A stretch of DNA of 64,000 nt from the NCBI GenBank assembly GCA_964428315.1, contig CAYRXT010000009.1:4514-68513 (forward strand). The letters are read 5' to 3'. Within the stretch, counting starts at the first letter, position 1; each line of letters begins with the position of its first letter. Made by a program: the position numbers and the translations under genes. The notes beneath the pieces are model-generated. The model ran no database searches and was not told the origin of the DNA. It was given only the letters and a program-made list of their open reading frames with translations. Shown here one piece after another: positions 18,480 through 28,505 of the stretch. This stretch comes from an uncultured Planctomycetales bacterium (lineage in GTDB: Bacteria; Omnitrophota; Gorgyraeia; Zapsychrales; CAYRXT01).

Positions 18480-20021
18480 ATGAGCCGATATGTCCTCGTC
18501 TTTACCGCGAGCTTTTCTTTCTTTTGCGGATATACTTTGGCCCAAGAGCCAGTTAAGGAACCGAATGTCAGCGGACAGTTTTACGGCGGCAACGCCTTCC
18601 TGCTGTCCCGGCAGGTCGAGTCTCTTTTGGAGGCAGCGCCTCAATTCAAAGAAGACAAAAGGATCAAAGTGCTCGTTGTCCCCCACGCGGGCTATGTCTT
18701 TTCCGGGTCAGTAGCGGCGGCAGGTTATAAGGCCATTGAAGGACAGGAGTACGGCACGATCGTTCTTATAGGGCCGAGCCATTATTACGCATTTTCCGGG
18801 ATCGCCGTGTGGGAGGCCGGCGGATTCAAAACCCCACTGGGAGTGGTAGAGGTAGATGCGGATGTTGCCCAACGGCTTATCGGGGCGCAAGAAAGAATTG
18901 AATATATTCCCGGGGCGTTTGACAGGGAACATTCTTTGGAAGTGCAGCTGCCGTTTATCCAGAAGACCCTGCCGGACGCGAAGATCGTGCCGGTTTTAAT
19001 GGGAGAGGTCAGTTATCAGGACTGCGTAAATCTGGCTGACGCTCTTTACGAGAGTGTCGGGCACAGGGACGATGTCCTTGTTGTCGTCAGCACGGATCTA
19101 TCGCATTACCATGATTACACCGCGGCCAAGGCGATGGATCAGAAGACCCTGGATGTGATCGGGGAAGGCAGATTTCATTATCTCTGGAAGGCCTGCCGGC
19201 GGCGCGACTTGGAAATGTGCGGCTTTTCTGCCGTGGTTAGCGGAATGCTGTACGCTGAGAAGACCGGGGCCTCCGGCCGGGATATCCTTCAATATGCGAA
19301 TTCAGGGGATGTGACGGGAGACAAGTCGCGCGTTGTCGGGTATTCATCCGTCATCTTTTATCAGACAGAGGAACAAGCCGGCAGGCGGCAGGACACGCAC
19401 AAGGATGAACATGCAAACGGGGGTGAGGCACAAGTGAAAGCTCGGAAGGAAGAAGGGGCGCTGACTCTTGATCAGAAAAGCACGTTGATGGCTATCGCCA
19501 AATCCACCATTACGTCGTATGTCCGTTCGGGAGAGGTGCCCGAATTTTCGGAAACGGATCCGCGTCTTCATAAACATGAAGGGGCCTTTGTCACGGTGAA
19601 AAAAGAAGGCCGTCTGCGGGGGTGTATCGGCCGGATCATCGGGGATGCGCCCCTTTACCGGATTGTCCGGGACATGGCGGTTGCCGCCGTTTCCAAGGAT
19701 CCGCGGTTTCCCCCTGTCAAGACCGATGAACTGGATGAACTGGAGGTCGAGATATCCGTCCTTTCCCGGCCCCGGCCGATCAGGGATATCGGGGATATCG
19801 TTTTGGGAAAACACGGGGTAATCGTCAGTCAGGGCCTATTCCACCGCGGCGTTTTCCTCCCTCAGGTGGCAGAGGAATTCAATTGGAACCGAGAGGAATT
19901 TCTCTCCAACCTTTGCGCTCACAAGGCGGGACTGCCGGCTGATGCGTGGAAGGATCCGAAGACCAAAATCGAGATATTTTCCGCCGAGGTTTTTTCCGAA
20001 AGTGATTTGTCCGGAAACTGA
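18480..20021 (+). CDS. AmmeMemoRadiSam protein B (MEMO1-like) fused to protein A (AMMECR1-like)
   Basis: SGQFY, PHAGYVFSG, GPSH, EHSLEVQLPF, STDLSHY, MCG; then GAFVT, LRGCIG, DPRF, EISVLS, GVFLPQV. Start uncertain (ORF open from 18378). Confidence 0.92.
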   Translation: MSRYVLVFTASFSFFCGYTLAQEPVKEPNVSGQFYGGNAFLLSRQVESLLEAAPQFKEDKRIKVLVVPHAGYVFSGSVAAAGYKAIEGQEYGTIVLIGPSHYYAFSGIAVWEAGGFKTPLGVVEVDADVAQRLIGAQERIEYIPGAFDREHSLEVQLPFIQKTLPDAKIVPVLMGEVSYQDCVNLADALYESVGHRDDVLVVVSTDLSHYHDYTAAKAMDQKTLDVIGEGRFHYLWKACRRRDLEMCGFSAVVSGMLYAEKTGASGRDILQYANSGDVTGDKSRVVGYSSVIFYQTEEQAGRRQDTHKDEHANGGEAQVKARKEEGALTLDQKSTLMAIAKSTITSYVRSGEVPEFSETDPRLHKHEGAFVTVKKEGRLRGCIGRIIGDAPLYRIVRDMAVAAVSKDPRFPPVKTDELDELEVEISVLSRPRPIRDIGDIVLGKHGVIVSQGLFHRGVFLPQVAEEFNWNREEFLSNLCAHKAGLPADAWKDPKTKIEIFSAEVFSESDLSGN

Positions 20022-20048
20022 GCAAGCCGTGTTCCGGCAAAAGCGTCA

Positions 20049-20077
20049 TTGCCATATCAGGGAAACTTCTTTATAAT
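20049..20077 (+). promoter_or_regulatory. Putative sigma70 promoter
   Basis: TTGCCA-17 nt-TATAAT upstream of two receiver genes. Confidence 0.6.
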
Positions 20078-20161
20078 AAACGCGGTTGCATACTCCTGTC
20101 GGGATATAAGGGAGGTACAGGACGCATGTCAGAAGGGCGCTCACCGTTATAGGAGGTTCAG

Positions 20162-20545
20162 ATGGCAAAGAAGATTTTGATTATCGATGACGAGCAGGAT
20201 TTCACCGGCGTGGCCCAAAAGCGGCTGGAGACCTATGGCTACAGGGTCATGGTGGCGAACGACGGTGAGGCGGGGATGGAGATGGCGAAAGTGGGCCGGC
20301 CGGATGTTATTATCCTTGATGTGGAGATGCCCAGGAAAGACGGTTACACGTTTGTCCGCGAGTACAAGGAAACCGTCAGGGATGATGTGAGCCATATCAT
20401 CATGCTCACGGTCAAGGACAGGATGAAAGACTATTTTGAGATAGAGGGTGTCCGGGATTACCTGGTCAAACCGTTCAGTTTCGATGATCTTTTGAGCAAT
20501 ATCATAAGCCGGTGCGGGCCCGCCCGGGACCCTGACGGTTCTTAA
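20162..20545 (+). CDS. Single-domain response regulator (receiver)
   Basis: ILIIDDE, LDVEMP, DGY, VKPF; RBS AGGAGG. Confidence 0.92.
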   Translation: MAKKILIIDDEQDFTGVAQKRLETYGYRVMVANDGEAGMEMAKVGRPDVIILDVEMPRKDGYTFVREYKETVRDDVSHIIMLTVKDRMKDYFEIEGVRDYLVKPFSFDDLLSNIISRCGPARDPDGS

Positions 20546-20573
20546 CCGGAAAACCGGAAACAGCAGAGGGCTT

Positions 20574-20960
20574 ATGGCGAAGAAAATTCTGGTTATCGAT
20601 GACGATCCGGTCACGATCGAGATGTTAAAGAACGGCTTGACAAAGCACGGCTACCAAACCGTTGTCGCTTACGACGGTGAAGAGGGTCTGAAGAGGGCTG
20701 TTTCCGAAAGCCCGCAGCTCATCATACTGGATATCAACATGCCGAAGATGGACGGCTATACGTTTCTTCAGGAACTGAAGAAGAAAGTGAATATCAAGGA
20801 ATTGCCGGTCATCATTCTCACGAACAAAGAGAACATGGAAGATATCTTCAAGGTCGAAGGTATCCGCGAATATATCATCAAGCCGATCAATACAGAGGAC
20901 ATGTGCGCGAAGATCCATAAACACCTGTCGTCTGATCCCTCATCAGCCAGCGGCACATAA
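20574..20960 (+). CDS. Single-domain response regulator (receiver)
   Basis: ILVIDDD, LDINMP, DGY, ILT, IKP. Confidence 0.92.
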   Translation: MAKKILVIDDDPVTIEMLKNGLTKHGYQTVVAYDGEEGLKRAVSESPQLIILDINMPKMDGYTFLQELKKKVNIKELPVIILTNKENMEDIFKVEGIREYIIKPINTEDMCAKIHKHLSSDPSSASGT

Positions 20961-21020
20961 CCGACTTTTTTTCCATCCATTGAGGAACACATCCCGTTTC
21001 GGGACAGCGAGGAGGGCCAG

Positions 21021-21395
21021 ATGAGATCCCTGTTTTGGATTATTTGTTTTTGGCTAATTGTGTTTGGCGCGGGGAAGTTCCCCTCGGAGGCGACCCCGCC
21101 GGCGAATCTGAGTCTCGAATACGACCTTGAGGGACAGAACCTGCTTGTCTCGATGGATCACATCACCCATGACCCGCGCGAGCACAGGATACGTCTGATT
21201 ATCGTCACGACCGAGGGCGGGGAGGAAGAGAAGTTCTTCTATGCGGCCCAGTCTTCGCCCACGGTACACAGCGTCAAGTTGCCACTCAAGGCCTCGGCCG
21301 GCGACAGGATTTCCGTGAAGGCCCTTTGTTCCGAAGCCGGTTATGCCATGGAAGAGCTGACGGTGAAAGACAAGTTAAAACAGATCGAGGAATAG
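21021..21395 (+). CDS. Hypothetical exported protein
   Basis: RBS GAGGAGG, signal peptide, His-containing beta-rich domain. Confidence 0.7.
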   Translation: MRSLFWIICFWLIVFGAGKFPSEATPPANLSLEYDLEGQNLLVSMDHITHDPREHRIRLIIVTTEGGEEEKFFYAAQSSPTVHSVKLPLKASAGDRISVKALCSEAGYAMEELTVKDKLKQIEE

Positions 21396-21428
21396 GCGCG
21401 GATGCGGGGATACTCGCCCAAAACGGTC

Positions 21429-22301
21429 ATGCCGCAACACCCGAAAAACAACAGACTTGTCCGTGAAAAAAGCCCTTATCTGCTTCAGCATGCCGGCAAT
21501 CCCGTCGACTGGTACCCCTGGGGCGAAGAGGCCGCCCGGTTCACCCTGAACAACCTCCTTGGCGACGACGGCCGGCTGTTTCACCGTTACCGCGAGGGCG
21601 AAGCCGGCATTCCGGGGATGCTTGATGATTATGCCTTTTTTGTTAACGGGCTTCTTGATTTCTATGAGGCGACTTTCCGGATCGATTACTTGCGACAAGC
21701 CGACACCTTGGCTGACACCATGATGGATTCGTTTTGGGATGAAGAAAACGGAGGCCTTTTTTTTACCGATGGGGATGCCGCCGACTTGATCGTGAGGAGA
21801 AAAGACATTTATGACGGGGCCTTGCCGTCGGGCAATTCGGTTGCCGCTCTCGCGCTCCTTCGCCTCGGACATTTCACGCGGAAGAAAGAGAGGATCGAGA
21901 AGGCGGGCCTTATCCTGAAATCTTTTTCGGGGAGCATTCGGCGGATGCCGGGCGCTTACGGCCAGTCTCTGTCGGCCGTGGATTACCAGCTGGGACCCGT
22001 CAAGGAGATCGTCCTGGCGGGAGACAAGAACGATAAACAGTTAGCGGTACTGGTGAAAGAGGTGTTCGCGCGATTCTGTCCAAACAAGTCCGTTGTCTGG
22101 CGTCCTGCCGATGAGGAGAAGGCCCGGGAGATTATCCGCACGCTTCCCTTTATCCGGGAAAACGAAATGGTGGAGAATGCGGCGACGGTTTACGTCTGCG
22201 AAGAGGGCCGCTGTCACCTGCCTGTGACAGATAAGGAAGATCTGGATGATCTTTTTGAATTATCGACCGGTACAAGGCAAGGAAAGAAAGGAATCCCATG
22301 A
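21429..22301 (+). pseudogene. YyaL/SPATA20 (DUF255) thioredoxin-domain protein with a large internal deletion
   Basis: N-terminal [25 protein letters not shown] joined directly to the C-terminal part ([36 protein letters not shown]...C.LP). Confidence 0.8.
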
Positions 22302-24199
22302 AATTTATTAAGATCATGTTGATCGCCGTTTTTGCCGTTGTTTTATTGTCGAGCGCCGGGGTTTTTATTTTTGTCAAAACTTTTGACGCGAACCGGTATA
22401 AACCGCTCATCACGCAGCGCATTGAAGAGGAGATCGGACGGGAGGTCATTGTCGGGGATATCCGTTTAAACCTGTCCTTTCAGCGGGGGGCAGAACTAGA
22501 TATCGCAAACGTGTCGGTGGCCGACGATCCGGGATTTTCCAGCGAACCGTTTTTAACTATCCGCTTCCTTCATTTGGGGCTGGATCTGACCGCTTTTCTT
22601 CGCGAAAGAAAGGTCATTATTACGGATGCCGTTCTGAAGGCGCCGAAGGTAACAATCATTCGCGACAGCAAAGGCCGCTTTAACATAGAGGATTTTTCAA
22701 CCCGGGCAAAACGCGAGGGAGAGGAAAAGATATCCCGTCGGACATTTCCTTTGCACCGGGACGTCCGGCTTTTCCCTTTGGTCTCCCGGGCTGAGGCCGC
22801 CGAAACCGCGCTGGACTTTTTCGTAAAAACAGTACAGCTCAAAGGGGGCGTCGTCCAGTATGTCGACCGGACGTTGTCTCCGGCAGCCAATATCCCTGTT
22901 ACCGATATTGAGCTGATACTGAATGATTTCAAATTCGACGAACTGTTTCCCTTTACGCTGAGGGCTTCGCTCTTTAGTACCACAAGCAATATCGGCGCCG
23001 AAGGTCGCGCGCGGTTTTCTCAAGAAGATCGGACGGCGGAGTTTTCCGACGTCAGCGTCCGGTTCGATATGGACGCCTTGGAATGGGAGGATGTTGCCGC
23101 CGCCGCGTCGTTTATCGAGGGAATGGAAACGATCGGGGAGATCGAAGGCAGTATTGAGAAGGACATTCAGGGAATCGTCGTGGATAGCGAGGGGCTGCAG
23201 AATTATCAGGCCAGAACCGTCGTCTCAATTTCGAAGTTGTCTTTTCGACCCTTGGCAAGCCCTTTCAGGGCATTCCGGCTTGTGCTTGATTCCAATGAAA
23301 CAACGGCCGTTATCAAAGAATGTCAAGGCCGGCTGGCCGAAGGGCGTTTTCGCCTGGAAGGACAGGTCGAAGATTATATGGGACGCCAGGACTTGACGCT
23401 CAAAGGAAGCGTAGAGGAGGTCAGGATCGAAGACGTGATCAGACAAGAGGAAGACGCAAGCAGGCTTTCGGGCCGAGTGGACGGCGACTTTGAGCTTACC
23501 GGTCAGGGTCTGAATCCTTCCGCCTTGAGGGATAATCTTCGGGGCCGATCGAGCCTTGAGCTTTTAGAGGGAAAGCTGACCGGCATCAATGTCCTGCGCG
23601 TGGTCTTGGACAAACTGTCTTTTCTTCCCCGCTTGAGGGAAAAGATGGAAGCAAAGCTTCCCGAGAAATACAAAGAATTGCTGAAAAAACAAGATACGGA
23701 TCTGAAGAAAGTCAATATGACCGGAAGGCTGTCCGGCGGCGAATTTGCTTTTGACGAATCTCTTGTTGAGGCCGAGGCTTTTCTCATGCGAGGGAAAGGG
23801 ACGCTGAATGTCGACCGGCAGATAGATATGGAAGCCAGGATCTTCATCCCTGAAGACCTGACCGCCAGTATGATCGAGGCCGTGGAGGAATTGAAGTATC
23901 TTATGGACGATTCCGGGCGGATCGTTATCCCGCTCAAAGTGCTTGGCGAGGTCAATGAACCGAGGTTCTTCCCTGATCTGAATTATCTCAGCGAGAAGAC
24001 TTTTAAGGAACGGGGACGGCAGGAGCTGAATAAACTTCTGGACAAGGTCTTTGAAAAAGACACGGAAGAACAGCCGCCGAGCGGGGAAGAAGCTCAGGAG
24101 TCTAAGACCCAGGATGGCTCTTCAAGGCCACAGGATGAAGAAGCCTCTCCCGAACGCGAACTCATCGACGGCGTCCTGGATGCCATTTTTGGAGAATGA
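22298..24199 (+). CDS. AsmA family protein
   Basis: N-terminal anchor, [15 protein letters not shown], beta-rich body, C-terminal IPLKVLG...P. Confidence 0.8.
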   Translation: MKFIKIMLIAVFAVVLLSSAGVFIFVKTFDANRYKPLITQRIEEEIGREVIVGDIRLNLSFQRGAELDIANVSVADDPGFSSEPFLTIRFLHLGLDLTAFLRERKVIITDAVLKAPKVTIIRDSKGRFNIEDFSTRAKREGEEKISRRTFPLHRDVRLFPLVSRAEAAETALDFFVKTVQLKGGVVQYVDRTLSPAANIPVTDIELILNDFKFDELFPFTLRASLFSTTSNIGAEGRARFSQEDRTAEFSDVSVRFDMDALEWEDVAAAASFIEGMETIGEIEGSIEKDIQGIVVDSEGLQNYQARTVVSISKLSFRPLASPFRAFRLVLDSNETTAVIKECQGRLAEGRFRLEGQVEDYMGRQDLTLKGSVEEVRIEDVIRQEEDASRLSGRVDGDFELTGQGLNPSALRDNLRGRSSLELLEGKLTGINVLRVVLDKLSFLPRLREKMEAKLPEKYKELLKKQDTDLKKVNMTGRLSGGEFAFDESLVEAEAFLMRGKGTLNVDRQIDMEARIFIPEDLTASMIEAVEELKYLMDDSGRIVIPLKVLGEVNEPRFFPDLNYLSEKTFKERGRQELNKLLDKVFEKDTEEQPPSGEEAQESKTQDGSSRPQDEEASPERELIDGVLDAIFGE

Positions 24200-24326
24200 T
24201 CCGTTATAAAGGCCGGATGATTCAGGCCTTCCCCGAGGACTGTTCATCGCCAATTTTTGACCCATTAATGATTGATGTTCTCAGAAACCTTCGGTTATAT
24301 GCATTATTATTGCGGGAGTCGCTGTC

Positions 24327-25160
24327 ATGAACAAAGAGTATAGACGGAAACGAAAACGCCGGCTGTTTGACCCGGATTCCAAGTCGGCCTTTAAGTTAAG
24401 CCGGACAGGCCTGGAGAGTTTTCTGCGCTGTCCGCGCTGTTTTTATCTGGACAAGAGGCTGGGGGTATCCCAGCCGTCCATGCCCCCTTTCACTTTGAAC
24501 TCGGCGGTTGATCAGCTCCTGAAAGCGGAATTTGACGGCTATCGGATGCGGGGCAAACCTCACCCGGTCATGCTGAAATACGGCATCGAGGCGGTCCCTC
24601 TGGCTCATCCCCTGATCGATGACTGGCGGAACAATTTTCGGGGCGTTCAGCATCTCCATGCCGAAACGAATTTTCTGGTATTCGGAGCAGTCGACGATAT
24701 CTGGGTGGATCCTCAAGGCCGGTGGCATGTGGTGGATTACAAGTCGACCAGTACAAGCGCGCCCATTACTCTGGATGGAGTGTACAAGCAGGCCTATAAG
24801 AGACAAATGGAGATTTATCAATGGCTGCTGCGCCAGTCGAAATTCCATGTCTCTGCGGAGGGTTACTTCGTTTATTGTAATGCGGACAAGACACGCTCTT
24901 TATTTGATTCTCGTCTTGAGTTTAATATGGAAGTCATCCCGTACGAAGGAAAAGATGACTGGGTGTCAGATGTCATTGTAAAGGCCAAGGATTGTTTGAT
25001 GGGGGATTCTCCCCCCGCGTCCTCTGAGGACTGCGAATACTGCCGGTACTTGTCGGCCGTCAAGGAAGTGGACAGGGATCTCGGGCCTTCTTCGTCTTCA
25101 CAGGGAGAACTTTTTCCTCATTTGGGTAAAAAGTTTAGAGGCAAAAGAAGTTGTGAATAA
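24327..25160 (+). CDS. PD-(D/E)XK nuclease family protein (RecB/Cas4-like) with Cys motifs
   Basis: LSRT.LESF..CPRCFY, GAVDD, VVDYKST, Q.EIY, C-terminal CEYC. Confidence 0.88.
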   Translation: MNKEYRRKRKRRLFDPDSKSAFKLSRTGLESFLRCPRCFYLDKRLGVSQPSMPPFTLNSAVDQLLKAEFDGYRMRGKPHPVMLKYGIEAVPLAHPLIDDWRNNFRGVQHLHAETNFLVFGAVDDIWVDPQGRWHVVDYKSTSTSAPITLDGVYKQAYKRQMEIYQWLLRQSKFHVSAEGYFVYCNADKTRSLFDSRLEFNMEVIPYEGKDDWVSDVIVKAKDCLMGDSPPASSEDCEYCRYLSAVKEVDRDLGPSSSSQGELFPHLGKKFRGKRSCE

Positions 25161-25179
25161 AGGAGTTTCAGTGTATACT
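25151..25179 (+). promoter_or_regulatory. Putative sigma70 promoter
   Basis: TTGTGA-17 nt-TATACT upstream of the PilZ gene. Confidence 0.45.
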
Positions 25180-25301
25180 ACCTTTTAAGGGGAGGATCTG
25201 AATATTCGGTCACTTTGATTATGTTTGGGGATAGAATACGCTGAACATTTTGACAGCCACGCAGGGAAGGCTGTCTTTCTATTTTAAGACTGGAAGTCGA
25301 T

Positions 25302-26348
25302 ATGAGAGCGCAGGAAAAACGACGGGCCTATCGCGTAAGGATAAGGGCACCGCTGGTTTGGCGATATCCCGAGCTCGGTTTGGGTGGGCGGGCGAAGATC
25401 GAGAATATCAGTACAACGGGAATGCTTCTCTCCAGCCGCAAGCAGATCCCTTTGAACGAGGAAGGACTCCTTTCCTTTTCCGGCCTTCGAGAGGCCCATA
25501 AGGATTTTTTGCCCCGTTTGGGACGGATAGTCTGGTCCAGAAAAAGGCCTTTTGGTCTTCCCGGGACATTGGCCGGCATAGAATTCGTTTCCCGTGACCA
25601 GGATGTTCTTCGACGTTTGCGGGATCGCGTTCAGCAGAATATCACGCGGATAAACAATTTTCGTTTGGCCCTGAATATTTTGGGCATGACATGTCTGGCC
25701 GTGTTTTTTGTTTTGGCCGCGTTGCTTTTTTATCAACAGATCATGATTTCCCGCAATCACGAACACGCCCTTAACCTGTTATCCTGGTCGTCAAGACATA
25801 ACGCGATCCTTTCCCGGGGCTTGCACGAACAGATGGCCATTAAGGACAGGGTCATCCGGGAAGTTTATAAGGAGCTGGATGTGACCAAGGCTATGCTGGC
25901 GCAGACAGAGGATAAACTCGCCGAAACCAGCTCGCTTTATCTTGAGGTGCGAGAACAGTTGGCGTCCTTCGAGCAGGCGCTCGGAGGAGGCGATCTGAAT
26001 CCCGATCAGATTGCTACCTTTGAACGCAAGAATCAGACTTTGAAAAAGCGGGTCCAGGATTTGGAAAAAGGCCTGGCCCTTTACGAAACAAGGGGCGGCG
26101 ATCTCAATGAGGCCCGCAGGACCTTGTCCTTTTACCGGGGCAAGATCAGGGAGGTTAAAGACAATATCCGCGAATTAAGGCGCGAGACTCGTTTGGCCCG
26201 TATCCGGGCGCAGGACGAGATGGACCGGGTAAAGATGAAGTTCGGCAACAATGGGTTTCTCATCAGAGACGGCGTCGTCGTTCCCCCTTATGCCTTTGAT
26301 GAGGAAACGTCGAGGGAGATGAAGGTCCGTGTTGAATATTTTGAATGA
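25302..26348 (+). CDS. PilZ-domain membrane protein with C-terminal coiled coil
   Basis: RRAYR and NISTTG (RxxxR, D/NxSxxG), one TM helix, long heptad-rich region. Confidence 0.78.
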   Translation: MRAQEKRRAYRVRIRAPLVWRYPELGLGGRAKIENISTTGMLLSSRKQIPLNEEGLLSFSGLREAHKDFLPRLGRIVWSRKRPFGLPGTLAGIEFVSRDQDVLRRLRDRVQQNITRINNFRLALNILGMTCLAVFFVLAALLFYQQIMISRNHEHALNLLSWSSRHNAILSRGLHEQMAIKDRVIREVYKELDVTKAMLAQTEDKLAETSSLYLEVREQLASFEQALGGGDLNPDQIATFERKNQTLKKRVQDLEKGLALYETRGGDLNEARRTLSFYRGKIREVKDNIRELRRETRLARIRAQDEMDRVKMKFGNNGFLIRDGVVVPPYAFDEETSREMKVRVEYFE

Positions 26349-26385
26349 AAAGGAGGAGGCGCCGATTCGTCGCGCACAGAGGCTT

Positions 26386-26910
26386 ATGGCTAAGAAGGGA
26401 GCCATTTTATTTTTGCTTTTTACAATGCCTTTGCTGTTCACGGGAAGGGCCGGGGCAGAGGGCGAGACGATTGTCCGTATACGTTCCGGGACTGTCTTTG
26501 ACGGCAAGCTGTACCGGAATCTGCATCTTAACGGCATTAAAATTATTCCCGGCATGGAAGACTATGTGAAAAGTATGATGGAATGGCATCTGAAAGGGAA
26601 GAGGGTGTCATTCAAATTCGACAAAAAGATGGTCGATAGAGGCGGCCGTTTATTGGTTTACATGTACTGCCCTAACACGGGATTCAAATTTGCGGGCGGG
26701 TCACGTTATTACAACGATGTTGTCATCGACAATAAAAGGATTTTTCTCAATGCCTACCTGGTCGGTCAGGGATACGCCATGCCCACGGGAAGTTCTTCCA
26801 ATAAATCATACAATGAATTATTCCAGAAATTGTACAAGGAAGCCAAAAGAAACAAGGCGGGGGCATGGGCGTATGTGGGTAAAAACGGCAAGTTGAGACT
26901 CAAAAAATAA
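26386..26910 (+). CDS. Exported thermonuclease (SNase)-like protein, divergent
   Basis: LKGKRV, DRGGRLLVYMY, FLNAYLVGQGYA, EAKRNKAGAW. Confidence 0.72.
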   Translation: MAKKGAILFLLFTMPLLFTGRAGAEGETIVRIRSGTVFDGKLYRNLHLNGIKIIPGMEDYVKSMMEWHLKGKRVSFKFDKKMVDRGGRLLVYMYCPNTGFKFAGGSRYYNDVVIDNKRIFLNAYLVGQGYAMPTGSSSNKSYNELFQKLYKEAKRNKAGAWAYVGKNGKLRLKK

Positions 26911-26983
26911 CCACCCCTGTTTCCTTTTCCCTCCCAACAGCACATTGTACGAAATTTTAACAAGCGTAAGCACACAAGCGACT

Positions 26984-27757
26984 ATGCGCAGGACCCCGCT
27001 GAAAAGAATCGCGAAATCCGTGGATCTACAGGATGGACCATTCCCTTATCTTCTGAGCCGGTCTCGCCGTCGCAAGACCATCGCCATTCATATCGAAGAA
27101 GACGGGGAGGTCCGTGTCGTCGCTCCCGTCCATGCCCCGCAAGAGGAGATCGAACGATTCATGCGGGACAAAGAGGGCTGGATGCGGAGCCGGTCTCATA
27201 ACCACCGCCGCCAATGGCGCCAGATCCGCGAGAAAAAATTCGCCCACGGACAACGGTTTCTTTTTATGGGGAAGAAGTATGAGCTGTCTGTTTTCAACGG
27301 TGAAGACCTCCGGACCCGGTTCCTGTTTGATGGACGCCGGATGAAGGTCTGCATTCCCCGTCATGTGGAAGAAGACCGTCTGCGGGAGATCTTGATCCGA
27401 AAGGAGCTTTTGGCCTGGTACCGCTATCAGGCCCGTGAAATCATTGGGTCGCGCGTTTTTCATTACTGCCGGCTCATGAAAACGGATGTACAGAAGATCG
27501 CCATTCGTGAGCAGAAAAGGATCTGGGGCAGCTGCCATCCATCGAGGGGAGTCATCCATTTGAACTGGCGGTTGATTTTTGCCCCGATCGAGGTCATTGA
27601 TTATGTCGTTGTGCATGAACTGTGTCATCTTAAGGTCGCTAACCATTCAAGACGGTTTTGGCGCTGTGTTCAGAAGGTCCTGCCGGACTATAAACTTCGT
27701 CAGCGCTGGTTTAAGTCCCATTCGGTAGATTTGGCGTTGCCTTTGATAAAGGAGTAG
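26984..27757 (+). CDS. M48/YgjP (DUF45) family metal-dependent hydrolase
   Basis: SRRRKTIAI, QKRIWGSC, LNWRLI, YVVVHELCH, NHSRRFW. Confidence 0.9.
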   Translation: MRRTPLKRIAKSVDLQDGPFPYLLSRSRRRKTIAIHIEEDGEVRVVAPVHAPQEEIERFMRDKEGWMRSRSHNHRRQWRQIREKKFAHGQRFLFMGKKYELSVFNGEDLRTRFLFDGRRMKVCIPRHVEEDRLREILIRKELLAWYRYQAREIIGSRVFHYCRLMKTDVQKIAIREQKRIWGSCHPSRGVIHLNWRLIFAPIEVIDYVVVHELCHLKVANHSRRFWRCVQKVLPDYKLRQRWFKSHSVDLALPLIKE

Positions 27758-27762
27758 GAACT

Positions 27763-28017
27763 ATGCGGATCGAGGTCAAAGTTGTCCCCGGCGCCAAGAA
27801 GGATTTTCTTAAGGAAGAAGAGGGCCGATGGAAGATCTATCTCAGGGCGCCGGCGCTGGAAGGCAGGGCGAACAAGGCGTTGATCAAATTCTTGTCCGAA
27901 CGCCTGAAGGTGGCAAAAAGTCAAATCGAGATTATAAAAGGATTGAAATCCAGGCGTAAAACAATTAAGATAAGTAGCAAAATTTTCAACAAGACAAAAA
28001 ATGAGCCGGCGAGGTAA
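27763..28017 (+). CDS. DUF167 (YggU) family protein
   Basis: VKVVPGAK, APALEGRANKALIKFL, IIKGLKSRRK. Confidence 0.9.
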   Translation: MRIEVKVVPGAKKDFLKEEEGRWKIYLRAPALEGRANKALIKFLSERLKVAKSQIEIIKGLKSRRKTIKISSKIFNKTKNEPAR

Positions 28018-28058
28018 GGTCGGCCTGGACTTGAAGATCATTTTAACAGGAGGGGAAT

Positions 28059-28502
28059 ATGCTGGAAGAGAAGATCCGCCAGGACTATATCCGGGCCATG
28101 AAGGAAAAAGATGCCCTTCGCTCCTCGACTTTGAGTCTTCTGAGGGCTCAGCTTAAAAATGTCTCTATCGAAAAAAGGAACGAAAAGCTCGAAGACCAGG
28201 ACATCCTTGCTGTGATCAAAAAGCAGGTTAAGCAGCGGGAGGACGCGATCGAACAGTTCGAAAAAGGAGGACGGAATGATCTGGCGGATAAAGAAAAAGC
28301 CGAACGGGATGTCCTCAAGGGCTACCTGCCTCCGGCATTGTCCCGGGAAGAGTTAAGTGCCCTTGTCGAAAAGGCCGTAGAGGAGACCGAAGCCTGCTCT
28401 TTAAAAGACATGGGAAAAGTCATGAAAAAGGTTCTGGATGAAGCCGCCGGACGTGCGGATAACCGGACCGTCAGTGATCTTGTCAGGAAAAGATTGGGGT
28501 AG
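28059..28502 (+). CDS. GatB/YqeY domain protein
   Basis: AMKEKD..R, KQVKQREDAIEQFEKGGR.DLA.KE, YLPP, KDMGKVM. Confidence 0.95.
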   Translation: MLEEKIRQDYIRAMKEKDALRSSTLSLLRAQLKNVSIEKRNEKLEDQDILAVIKKQVKQREDAIEQFEKGGRNDLADKEKAERDVLKGYLPPALSREELSALVEKAVEETEACSLKDMGKVMKKVLDEAAGRADNRTVSDLVRKRLG

Positions 28503-28505
28503 GAC

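Noticed and set aside
24327-27757. Defence island (nuclease, SNase-like, YgjP)
   Set aside because: No methyltransferase, restriction, toxin-antitoxin or other recognisable defence genes; the genes look independently transcribed.
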